From Macrostomum lignano (taxonomy: Eukaryota), in contig NIVC01004156.1 of the NCBI GenBank assembly GCA_002269645.1, forward strand, positions 1 through 37,914: DNA of 37,914 nucleotides, read 5' to 3'. A program made the translations under genes and the position numbers. The notes beneath the pieces are model-generated. The model had not been told where the DNA came from, did not search any database, and worked only from the letters and a program-made list of their open reading frames with translations. This document shows positions 22,818-33,611 of the stretch, piece by piece; position 1 is the stretch's first letter, and every line of letters begins with the position of its first letter.

Positions 22818-23035
22818 TATACATCCATCAATTGAATGTGCATCCACCCATTGAATGTACATCCATTCATTGAATGTACATCCATCCATTGAATGTACAT
22901 CCATCTATTGAATGTACATCCATTCATTGAATGTACATCCATTCATTGAATGTACATATATCCATTGAATGTACATCCATCTATTGAATGTAAATCCATC
23001 CATTGAATGTACATCTATCCATTGAATGTACATCC
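22818..23035. repeat. 19-bp minisatellite, about 11 copies, just upstream of COPS4
   Basis: Unit ATTGAATGTACATCCATCC. Confidence 0.95.
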
Positions 23036-23100
23036 AGCAGACCAGCCTATTCCAAGCCGGCGCGCACCCACCCCTCCTCTCCTGCATGCTCGGCGGGCCA

Positions 23101-25971
23101 ATGAGCGCTCAGCTAGAAGAAGAGCTTCGCCGCATCAGCGCCATAGACAACGCCTCCGTGGCGGTGCACAAATACGAGCTGCTGCTCAAAACCATCCTCA
23201 ACCAGGATTTGAACGCCGCTAAGCAGCAACTGCAGCTGTTTCTCAACTTCCTACTGGATGAGTCGGTTGGCCTGGCCGTGTCCAGACAGGTGGTGGCCGA
23301 CCTGGTCGAGTTGCTGAGCAGCCGGATTGAGTCCAGCGCCCAGGTCGGTTTGGAGACCTGCCAAGTCATGCTGGCCTGCCTGCAGAATCGGGCCATCTCG
23401 TTCGAGGACCAGATTGTGGGTGTCCGCCAGCTGCTGGCTCGCGGCCTGGAGGCGCAGGGCCGCTACCTGCAGGCCGCCGAGGCGCTTGCAGCCATCGATA
23501 TGGAGTCCGTGCAGAAGCAGTTCAGGTAAGCATGCCTTGCAGCCGTCATGGGATAATACAGGCCTATACTCAGATCCTCAGCTTGGGTCTCCGCCCCTCC
23601 TACAGCCCTCCCTCCGGATCTTCAGCTTGGGTCTCCGCCCCTCCTCCAGCCCTCCCTCCGGATCCTCAGCTTGGGTCTCCGCCCCTCCTACAGCCCTCCC
23701 TCCGGATCCTCAGCTTGGGTCTCCGCCCCTCCTCCAGCCCTCCCTCCGGATCCTCAGCTTGGGTCTCCGCCCCTCCTACAGCCCTCCCTCCGGATCCTCA
23801 GCTTGGGTCTCCGCCCCTCCTCCAGCCCTCCCTCCGGATCCTCAGCTTGGGTCTCCGCCCCTCCTCCAGCCCTCCCTCCGGATCCTCAGCTTGGGTCTCC
23901 GCCCCTCCTCTAGCCCTCCCTCCGGAGCCTCCGTCTGGGTCTTCGCCCCTTCAGCTCCAACTCTCCTGGATCCTCAGCTTGGGTCTCCGCCCCCTCCAAC
24001 CCTCCCGAATCCTCAGCCTGGGTCTCCGCCCTGCCTCCAGATCCACGGTAACCAAATTCCCTTCCACTCCGCCCCGATGGCAGCCGGGACGAGAAAGCCC
24101 GCGTCCTGCTGAAGACTGTGGAGCTCTACCTGCGCGAGAAGGACGCCGACAAGGCCGAACAGGCGCTGAGTCGCTGCCAGCTGGCCGCCAAGGACCCGCC
24201 GCACCTGCAGCAGTACAAGGTTAGTTGCTATGTAGACGCGAGTTAAGCAGAGTTAGCCGCGGTTAGTACGCAGCTATATAGGTACATAGCAGCTCTGAGC
24301 TGTGAACCCGCCACAGTTCCAGCACAAACTGCTCAATGCTTTTAGCTGCACACCTGCGGCTCAGGTGTGTTGCTATTTAGAGCACACGGCTATCACGAGA
24401 AAACCTGCATCATCCGATAACTGTCAGACCCATTTGATTAAACCTACCTGTCAGGTGTACTACGCCAGAGTCCTTGATTTAAAAGGCAAATTCTACGAGG
24501 CCGCTATGCGCTACATAGAGCTGTCGCTGCAGGCTGGCGAGACTGAGCACCAGATGCAGCACTTGGAAGCCGCCACCGTGTGCACCGTGCTGTGCCCGGC
24601 GTCCTCACAGCGGTCGGCCATGCTGGCCAGGCTGTACAAAGACGAGCGCTCGCAGCGGCTGGCCTGGCGCGGCCTTGTGGAGAAACTCTTCCGGGTGCGT
24701 CACCGCTCTTCAATTAGTCATGAGTCAACGCTCTTTAATTAGCCATGAGTCACCGCTCTTTATTAGCTTTGAGTCAACGCTCTTTAATTAGCCATGAGTC
24801 ACCGCTCTTTAATTAGCCATGAGTCACCGCTCTTTAATTAGCCATGAGTCACCGCTCTTTAATTAGCCATGAGTCACCGCTCTTTAATTAGCTTTGAGTC
24901 ACCGCTCTTTAATTAGCCATGAGTCATCGCTCTTTAATTAGCTTTGAGTCACCGCTCTTCAATTAGTCATGAGTCAACGCTCTTTAATTAGCCATGAGTC
25001 ACCGCTCTTTATTAGCTTTGAGTCAACGCTCTTTAATTAGCCATGAGTCACCGCTCTTTAATTAGCCATGAGTCACCGCTCTTTAATTAGCCATGAGTCA
25101 CCGCTCTTTAATTAGCTTTGAGTCACCGCTCTTTAATTAGCCATGAGTCATCGCTCTTTAATTAGCTTTGAGTCACCGCTCTTCAATTAGTCATGAGTCA
25201 ACGCTCTTTAATTAGCCATGAGTCACCGCTCTTTAATTAGCCATGAGTCACCGCTCTTTAATTAGCCATGAGTCACCGCTCTTCAATTAGCCACGAGTCA
25301 ACGCTCTTTAATTAGCCATGAGTCACCGCTCTTTAATTAGCCATGAGTCACCGCTCTTTAATTAGCCATGAGTCACCGCTCTTTAATTAGTCATGAGTCA
25401 CCGCTCTTTAATTAGCTTTGAGTCACCGCTCTTTAATTAGCTTTGAGTCTTCGCTCTTTATTGATAAATGCTTTGAGTCCCCGCCCTGCAGTCTTGAGCC
25501 AGCAGTTTAGCGGCAGCCAAAGGCATGGCAGTCTCTCGCCCCACTCCACACTACCAGGAGCGCCTCGTCCGCCGCGACGAGCTGCTGGAATTCTCGGCCA
25601 GCCTGCAGCCGCACCAGCGCCAGGCCAGCCCGAACTCGGACGGCCTCACAACCCTGGAGGCGGCGGTTGCCGAGCACAACCTGCTGGCGGTCAGCCGGCT
25701 GTATAACAACATCAGCCTGGCCTACCTGGGCCAGCTGCTGGAGGTGCAGCCGGAGCGGGCGGAGCAAATGGCCGCCCGGATGATCGCCGAACAGCGGCTT
25801 GTCGGCTGCATCGATCAGATTCGCGGCTTTGTGCAGTTCGAGGAGCGCCACCCGATGAGCCTGTGGGACTGCCGCATCCGGGACCTGTGCGAGCAGGTCA
25901 ACTCCGTCTGCGAGCGGGTGGCCGGCCTGCACCCGGACTGGTACCAGGCCGCCTGCCAGGCCAATGTCTGA
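23101..25971 (+). CDS. COPS4: COP9 signalosome subunit 4 (PCI domain), 404 aa
   Basis: Exons 23101-23525, 24084-24219, 24455-24694 and 25558-25971 total 1215 nt in a continuous frame. Motifs: ESVGLAVSRQ, RAISFEDQ, DMESVQKQF, YKVYYARVLD.KGKFYEAA, QRSAMLARLYKDERSQ, LQPHQ, AVAEHNLLAVSRLYNNI, AARMIAEQRLVGCIDQI, WD..IRDLCEQVN. AATAAA at 26085 and 26163. Confidence 0.96.
23570..24040. repeat. 44-bp minisatellite, about 10 copies, COPS4 intron 1
   Basis: Unit GGATCCTCAGCTTGGGTCTCCGCCCCTCCTACAGCCCTCCCTCC; period 44 (23581 to 23625). Confidence 0.95.
24700..25455. repeat. 25-bp minisatellite, about 30 copies, COPS4 intron 3
   Basis: Unit CATGAGTCACCGCTCTTTAATTAGC; begins about 5 nt after the donor at 24695. 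Confidence 0.97.
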
Positions 25972-26084
25972 TTGCGTGCCTGGCCCTAAGACTTGGCATT
26001 TTGTCCCCGCCTGATATATAGTGTTCTGTATTATGGAGTGTTCAGTTGAAATATAGGAATAGTTATACTCTTCATTGCGCTGTC

Positions 26085-26168
26085 AATAAACAAAGTTGGC
26101 AGTCAGTTTTGCCTCCCTTAATTCAGTTTGCTATTTAAATATCATGCAGAAGCATGCCAGTTAATAAA
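26085..26168 (+). terminator. Poly(A) signals of COPS4
   Basis: AATAAA at 26085-26090 and 26163-26168, each followed by T-rich sequence. Confidence 0.6.
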
Positions 26169-26284
26169 CTTCTTCTTTGTCTTTTCAATTAAGTCATGTA
26201 ACATGTAACATATAGACTGCTCAGATGAGCTTGTGTTGATGCTGGGTTCTGCTGGGGACAGGGGCTCAGGGAAGTGAGCTGAGT

Positions 26285-27595
26285 CAGGGAGGGGCAGGAG
26301 TGAGGAGGGCAGGAGTAAAAGGGGCAGAAGTGAGGAGGACAGGAGTAAGGGGGCAGGAGGGGGGGCAGGAGTGAGGAGGGCAGGGAGTGAGGAAGGCAGG
26401 AGTGAGGAAGGCAGGAGTGAAGAGGGCAGGAGTGAGGAAGGCAGGAGTGAGGGGGCAGGGAGTGAGGAGGGCAGGAGTGAGGAAGGCAGGGAGTGAGGAA
26501 GGCAGGGAGTGAGGAAGGCAGGAGTGAGGAGAAAAGGAGTGAGGAGGGCAGGGAGTGAGGAAGGCAGGAGTGAGGAGGGCAGGAGTGAGGAGGGCAGGAG
26601 TGAGGAGGACAGGGAGTGAGGAAGGCAGGGAGTGAGGAGGGCAGGAGTGAGGAAGGCACGGAGTGAGGAAGACAGGGAGTGAGAAAGGCAGGAGTGAGGA
26701 AGGCAGGCGTGAGGAGGGCAGGAGTGAGGAGGGCAGGAGTGAGGGGGCAGGAGTGAGGAGGGCAGGGAGTGAGGAAGGCAGGAGTGAGGAAGGCAGGAGT
26801 GAAGAGGGCAGGAGTGAGGAAGGCAGGAGTGAGGGGCAGGGAGTGAGGAGGGCAGGAGTGAGGAAGGCAGGAGTGAGGAGGGCAGGAGTGAGGAGGGCAG
26901 GGAGTGAGGAAGGCAGGGAGTGAGGAAGGCAGGAGTGAGGAGGGCAGGAGTGAGGAGGGCAGGGAGTGAGGAAGGCAGGAGTGAGGAGGGCAGGAGTGAG
27001 GAGGGCAGGAGTGAGGAGGACAGGGAGTGAGGAAGGCAGGGAGTGAGGAGGGCAGGAGTGAGGAAGGCAGGGAGTGAGGAAGACAGGGAGTGAGGAAGGC
27101 AGGAGTGAGGAAGGCAGGCGTGAGGAGGGCAGGAGTGAGGAGGGCAGGAGTGAGGAAGGCAGGAGTGAGGAGGGCAGGAGTGAGGAGGGCAGGAGTGAGG
27201 AGGACAGGGAGTGAGGAAGGCAGGGAGTGAAGAGGGCAGGAGTGAGGAAGGCAGGAGTGAGGGGGCAGGGAGTGAGGAGGGCAGGAGTGAGGAAGGCAGG
27301 AGTGAGGAGGGCAGGAGTGAGGAGGGCAGGGAGTGAGGAAGGCAGGGAGTGAGGAAGGCAGGAGTGAGGAGGGCAGGAGTGAGGAGGGCAGGGAGTGAGG
27401 AAGGCAGGAGTGAGGAGGGCAGGAGTGAGGAGGGCAGGAGTGAGGAGGACAGGGAGTGAGGAAGGCAGGGAGTGAGGAGGGCAGGAGTGAGGAAGGCAGG
27501 GAGTGAGGAAGACAGGGAGTGAGGAAGGCAGGAGTGAGGAAGGCAGGCGTGAGGAGGGCAGGAGTGAGGAGGGCAGGAGTGAGGGGGGCAGGAGT
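26285..27595. repeat. Purine-rich 15/16-bp minisatellite between COPS4 and MBOAT7
   Basis: GGCAGGAGTGAGGA(G/A) and GGCAGGGAGTGAGGAA variants; the + strand is strongly G/A-rich. Confidence 0.96.
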
Positions 27596-27666
27596 GAAGA
27601 CTGTTAGGCTTGTCAGTTCAAGCCGCAATAACCGGCATTGCAGTTTGCACGGACCAGAGCCGCGCT

Positions 27667-28303
27667 ATGACACCAGACGACTGGGTCTACGCCAGCCTGC
27701 TGCTTATCTCTCTGGCAGTCGGGCCGGTGTTCGCCCGCGGCCACCTCCGCTCAGCGCTGCCTTTCCTCCCAGCCTCAGCCGCTGTGCAGCTGGTGTCCGC
27801 CTTCGGCTTCCTGCTCTGCGCCGCCGTCTGCAGCTCCTTCATGTGGCACTCGGTGCTGGTCGCTCTGGTCTCCGCTTCCATCTGCTCGTTCGGGCCCAGG
27901 AATCGAGTCCACGCCCTCTGCGCCGCCTGGTGCTTCGGCTACCTGGCCTTCTTCCGCACTTGCCATCTGCTGGGATTCACCAAGCCCTCGCCGCATAGCA
28001 ACGCTGTCCAGCTGCTCATGACGCTGCGAATGGTCGGCGTGGCCTTCGAAATTGTCGACACCCGCCGGTTGGAACGGCGGCTGCGAGACTCGACGGACGA
28101 TGGCGAACGGCGGAGTCTGGAGCTGCAGCTGCGCTACACCGGGGTGTCGCCGAAGTTCTGGCAGGTTGGACAGACTCGAAATCTTTGGGATTCGATCCTT
28201 GGGAACTGACTGAACTCGCCTTTTTTCTGGAGTCCAACCGGACTTTCAAGGAACTGAAATTTTTTTCCTAATTTGAGCCCTACTGTCTCTCGATTTAGCG
28301 CCC

Positions 28304-28396
<93 letters not shown>

Positions 28397-30037
28397 GCTT
28401 GGATTTGGCGCCCTGCTGTTTGACGCACTCCCTGCCAGCTTATATCGCCGAGCCCGTTGCCCCACCCAGATTATGCTCTACGCCTACGCATACCCGGGCG
28501 TGCTCACCGGGCCCTACTACCGGTTCAGCATCTACCGGGACCTGGTTGACCGGCTCCAGGCGCCCGGTGCGCCGCCCCCGCCCGCCGTCGGCGCTGCCCT
28601 GTGGAAGCGCCTTGCCTACGCGCCGCTGTACGGCGTAGCCTACCTGATCTTGTCGCAGTGGTACTTCATTGACTACGCCAGGACTGACGACCTGCTGGTT
28701 GATTCCAGCTGGGCCTACAGGATCTACTTCATGTTCGCCATGTTCACCACCTTCCGCTGCCGGATGTACTTCGCCTGGGTTGTGTCCGAGTGCGTCTGCA
28801 TGCCCGTCGGCCTGGGCGGCTATCCGGCCGCGTCCGAACCGCGCTGCGGAGAGGTGAGCGAGACCTCTTGCTTTTTCTATACATATCGGTGATAGTATTT
28901 GATCGAATGACTGGCTGGTTGGGGTATTCTCTGTTTTCTGTAGGTAGGGTGTCTGCCTGATAATAGGCAGGGTGTCTGCTTGATAGTAGGTAGGGTGTCT
29001 GCTTGATAGTAGGCAGAGTGTCTGCTTGATAGTAGGTAGGGTGTCTGCTTGATGGCAGGCAGGGTGTCTGCTTGATAGTAGGTAGGGTGTCTGCTTGATA
29101 GTAGGTAGGGTGTCTGCTTGATGGTAGACAGGGTGTCTGCTTGATGGTAGACAGGGTGTCTGCTTGATGGTAGACAGGGTGTCTGCTTGATGGTGGACAG
29201 GGTGTCTGCTTGATGGTAGACAGGGTGTCTGCTTGATGGTGGACAGGGTGTCTTCTTGATGGTAGACAGGGTGTCTCCTTATGGTAGGCAGGGTGTCTCC
29301 TTATGGTAGGCAGGGTGTCTCATTATGGTAGGCAGGGTGTCTGCTTGATGGTAGACAGGGTGTCTGCTGAGCAGTGCCGGAGTGTCTGCTTACTGACCGC
29401 GGTGGCAGCAGGTTGCACTCAGTGACCCAGCAATCTTTTCACGCACGTCGCCACCAAGGGCCCAACGCGTCTTGAAGTCCTGGAAGAGCAGCGGCAGCAG
29501 CGGCAGTCTCGTCCAGCCATTGACGGAGCCGGCGACTTGAACAAAAGCGACGACATCAGCTACGAGTCGGTGCACAACATCGACGAGGCCGGCTGCGAGT
29601 TCGCGCCCACCGTGCAGGCTGGCATGAAGGCCTGGAACCGCTCTGTGCAGCACTGGCTCGCCGCCTTCGTCTACCGCCGGGTGCCCGGCCGGGCGCTCCG
29701 CCTGCCCGTCACCATGGCCGTCTCCGCCTACTGGCACGGCGTCCACGGCGGCTACTTCCTGTCCTTCCTGACCATCCCGCTGGCCCGCTACGCCGAGGAC
29801 GCGCTGGACCGGCTGCTCCGTCGGGCCAGGCTGAACCAGTCGGTGGCCTACTTGGCGCGCTGGTTCTTCAAGATGCGCGTGTTCGACTACACCTGCATGG
29901 GCTTCCTGCTGCTGGGGGCCGGCGACACGCTGCGCTTCTGGGCTGCCATTGGCTTCTGCCTGCACGCGGCCAGCTGCCTGCTGATTGCGGCCGACTGGGC
30001 GGCGGCCAGGCTGGCTGGCAGCGGCCGGCCGGCTTGA
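27667..30037 (+). CDS. MBOAT7: Lysophosphatidylinositol acyltransferase (MBOAT7/LPIAT1), 486 aa
   Basis: Exons 27667-28164, 28470-28853 and 29459-30037, all phase 0. N-terminus MTPDDWVYASLLLIS (human MSPEEWTY). Also WCFGYLAFFR, SNAVQLLMTLRMV, GVLTGPYYRF, FRCRMYFAWVVSEC, GMKAWNRSVQHWLA, catalytic SAYWHG and FFKMRVFDYTCMGF. Confidence 0.95.
28307..28392. repeat. (TC)n microsatellite, about 43 units, MBOAT7 intron 1
   Basis: Pure TC tract ending about 75 nt upstream of the acceptor at 28469. Confidence 0.98.
28942..29368. repeat. 23-bp minisatellite, about 18 copies, MBOAT7 intron 2
   Basis: Unit GGTAGACAGGGTGTCTGCTTGAT. Confidence 0.96.
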
Positions 30038-30221
30038 CAGAATTGCTCGGCCCTTCTATGTAATATGAGATTGTGTTTGTTTCGAAATTGGACTTGGATT
30101 TGTTAGATTTGTGTCCGGTCTGCACCCACCAAAATGCCTTTTTCTCTGGATTCGAGCAAATTTACCCGAGAATCTCCAGCCCGGACGAGAATCGCGCACC
30201 CATTGAAATTCTTCCCCATGA

Positions 30222-30541
30222 GAATCTTCCCCACCCATCTGAGAATCTTCCCAACCCACCTGACAACTTCCCCACCCACCTGACAATCTTCCCCACCCAA
30301 CTGAGAATCTTCCCCACCCACCTGAGAAGCTTCCCCACCCACCTGAGAATCTTCCCCACCCACCTGAGAATCTTCCCACCCAAGCTGAGAATCTTCCCCA
30401 CCCACCTGAGAATCTTCCCCACCCACCTGAGAATCTTCCCCACCCACCTGAGAATCTTCCCCACCCACCTGAGAATCTTCCCCTCCCACCTGAGAATCTT
30501 CCCCACCCACCTGAGAATCTTCCCCACCCACCTGAGAATCT
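30222..30541. repeat. 21-bp minisatellite, about 15 copies, downstream of MBOAT7
   Basis: Unit CCCACCTGAGAATCTTCCCCA. Confidence 0.96.
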
Positions 30542-31144
30542 AGTCTATTCTCCGTTGACACCCGCGCACAAGTCTGCTGTGTTGTGCGCAGACAAAATTG
30601 CCTCCCTTTCCAGTAAGTCAATTAGCACGGTTGCATATTTTGTTATTCGGCTTTAAAGGGCACAATGTTCTTGAAGCACTCGAATTTCAAAAGTGCAATC
30701 TACTTTAACTTTGTTTTTGGAATTTATCCTAATGATGTGTTATTAATGATGTTACATAATTACTCCCGTTGCATTTTGTCAATGCCATTTCTATTTCTAT
30801 TTTACCTAGATACTGAATGATTTGTTTCGATTCTATTTTGTCAATTATCTTGATTTATTGTCGTTGGCATTCTGAAAGCTTTCTATCGCAGCATGAGTTT
30901 ATTATTATTTTATGTTTTTCTTAGACTTGTTGCAAGATATCTTGGCCTAATGTATATCCGGCACAAGCTTAAACGGGAAATATAGCTAAATGTAAAGCTA
31001 AACAAATCAGAGCAGCAATATCCGTTGCTCGTTACTGATAAAAGTAGCTAATATTGAGAACATTTTGTTGTTAGGTTGTTTCCCAACTTTCTTTCAGAAT
31101 CAACTTTCAGCATTTTTGGTATATTGGATTCAAAGCTCAAAGGC

Positions 31145-31438
31145 CAGTGATTGACTGACAATCGGGGGTTACTGGCATGGCCTGTGATTGGCTGGCAATC
31201 GGGGGTTACTGGCCTGTGATTGGCTGGCAGTTGGGGGGTTACTGGCCTGTGATTGGCTGGCAATCAGGGGTTACTGGCCTGTGATTGGCTGGCAGTCGGG
31301 GGTTAATGGCCTGTGATTGGCTGGCAGTCGGGGGTTACTGGGCTGTGATTGGCTGGCAGTCGGGAAGGTGGGGGGTTACTGGCCTGTGATTGTCTGGCAG
31401 TCGGGGGTGGGGGTTACTGGCCTGTGATTGGCTGGCAG
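31145..31438. repeat. 32-bp minisatellite, about 9 copies, intergenic
   Basis: Unit GGGGGTTACTGGCCTGTGATTGGCTGGCAGTC. Confidence 0.94.
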
Positions 31439-32861
31439 TGGTGCGACTCGCTTCGTTTCACTAATTCACTTTGCCTAATTGTTTTAAATCCTAAAATTTG
31501 TCTGATAACCTTAAGCATGTCGGTTAAAATCTTAAAAGTACATCAGTGACGGCCAGTTTATCAGTATACAGGTCGGGCTACATGATGGTGTGTATTATAA
31601 ATTATCTTCCATGTTCTGCCTCTGCCAACTGGATCTGAAAGCCCAATCTTATAAGTAGTATATTGCCATACCCGTGAATAATGGGCCTCTGTGCGAGTAA
31701 TTGCAGCACAAAATGGCTTTCCTGTCACGGAAACGGAATTAAGGCACGTCGAATAAGAATGATAGTCATGATAATCTACTTGGCCGGAAAGATGTCGAGG
31801 CCCGTCTCTAAGGACTTGATCAGATTCGATTGATTTGCATCTAAACTGGGACTTGTTATGAACACGATTTGTGCTCAGTTCTCAACTTACAAGCCTTAAT
31901 GTTAAGTCTGTATTCTGGACTTATGTCTGCGAGATGAAAACGAAAATATGGTGTGATATCGTATAATTTTTTCACTGCTTTCTAGCGGTAGAACTTCCCC
32001 CAAGGGAGAAACACAGGCACACGAAATTCACGAAGACTGGTAAACGTTTCGTTACGCACCTTCTCAACGAGAATAAAGTCGCTAATTGTTGCCAGGGAGT
32101 CAGATTTGTCTCATAAACACAACTCAATACAACCCTTGAGCCGATCAGCACAGCGCCTCAGTGCAGCCTTGCCAAGCCTCCAAAATTACATCAGCACGTC
32201 GACCACATCTGTCTGCATCGGCTCTGGCTCTGTCGGAGCTTCTGGACCTTCAGCACACAGCACTCGGTCCTGTGTGAGCGTGTGCATGAGTAGCAGTATC
32301 AGCAGTATTATTAGCGCGGTTGCTCAGGAGTCGGCGGAATTGGCAGAATTTCTGTCAGCTCTGGTTGTGGGACAATGTCACCGGAGACGTTGCGCCAGGA
32401 TGCCCGCAGCCCTCATGCACTTTAGCCACCTGCGCATATTCTGCGTCCTCATTTCGCTTTTCCTCTCTATGCAGAGTTCTCCTTTTCTCCCAAGTTATTT
32501 TATTCCATCCCCGCAGCCAGCCCCCCCCCCGTTTCCTCCCACTTTCCCTCTGCCAGCCCCTCCAATCTGAAGTTCTTCTGTAAACAGATCCCGTGTCCTG
32601 GATGACCGCTCTATCAAGAGTTCAATCAAATATTTTTTTTAAAACTTTGTTTATCTACCAGGCTGACAGAGATCGAGCTGTACGCTCTTGAATTCGAAGT
32701 TTCATTATAACGAAAGCAAAATCCGTGACGCCCGTGTGTGCTGTGTTTACCTTTAAACCGGCTTTCGACTCCCCAGGTTGCTCAGAGCCAGAGGCCTCCA
32801 AAGTTCAACTCTCGTCCGCAGACCACAATTTCCACAACTGTGGGCTGGCTGTACGTAAAAG

Positions 32862-33445
32862 CTGTCCGACAATGGTGGCTCTGAAGTCAGCCTACAATGT
32901 CTGTCTGACAATGGTGGCTCTGAAGTCAGCCTACAATGTCTGTCTGACAATGGTGGCTCTGAAGTCAGCCTACAATGTCTGTCTGACAATGGTGGCTCTG
33001 AAGTCAGCCTACAATGTCTGTCTGACAATGGTGGCTCTGAAGTCAGCCTACAATGTCTGTCTGACAATGGTGGCTCTGAAGTCAGCCTACAATGTCTGTC
33101 TGACAATGGTGGCTCTGAAGTCAGCCTACAATGTCTGTCTGACAATGGTGGCTCTGAAGTCAGCCTACAATGTCTGTCTGACAATGGTGGCTCTGAAGTC
33201 AGCCTACAATGTCTGTCTGACAATGGTGGCTCTGAAGTCAGCCTACAATGTCTGTCTGACAATGGTGGCTCTGAAGTCAGCCTACAATGTCTGTCTGACA
33301 ATGGTGGCTCTGAAGTCAGCCTACAATGTCTGTCTGACAATGGTGGCTCTGAAGTCAGCCTACAGCTGTCTGACAATGGTGGCTCTGAAGTCAGCCTACA
33401 GCTGTATGGCTCTGAAGTCAGCCTACAGCTGTATGACAATGGTGG
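32862..33445. repeat. 39-bp minisatellite, about 12 near-identical copies plus shortened ones, upstream of the SSUH2-like CDS
   Basis: Unit CTGACAATGGTGGCTCTGAAGTCAGCCTACAATGTCTGT. A possible donor GTACGT at 32851 suggests it may fill a 5'-UTR intron. Confidence 0.96.
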
Positions 33446-33611
33446 CTCCGGTTCGCCTTGGCCAGCTTCACCACGGCAGCAGCCGTTGGGTGATGGAGGG
33501 GGAATCTGCGGCCTCCCATTGGCTCCGGCGGACTGGCTGAGCTCCCCTATTTCAGCGCCAGACTGCGGAGCCCCTGTCGACCCCAACGGCTGCACTTTCG
33601 GCCCTGCCATC

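Noticed and set aside
26189-27628. 479-aa minus-strand ORF
   Set aside because: Translation of the purine-rich array.
31980-32060. TAGCGGTAGAAC A-box-like motif
   Set aside because: No B box or cloverleaf follows.
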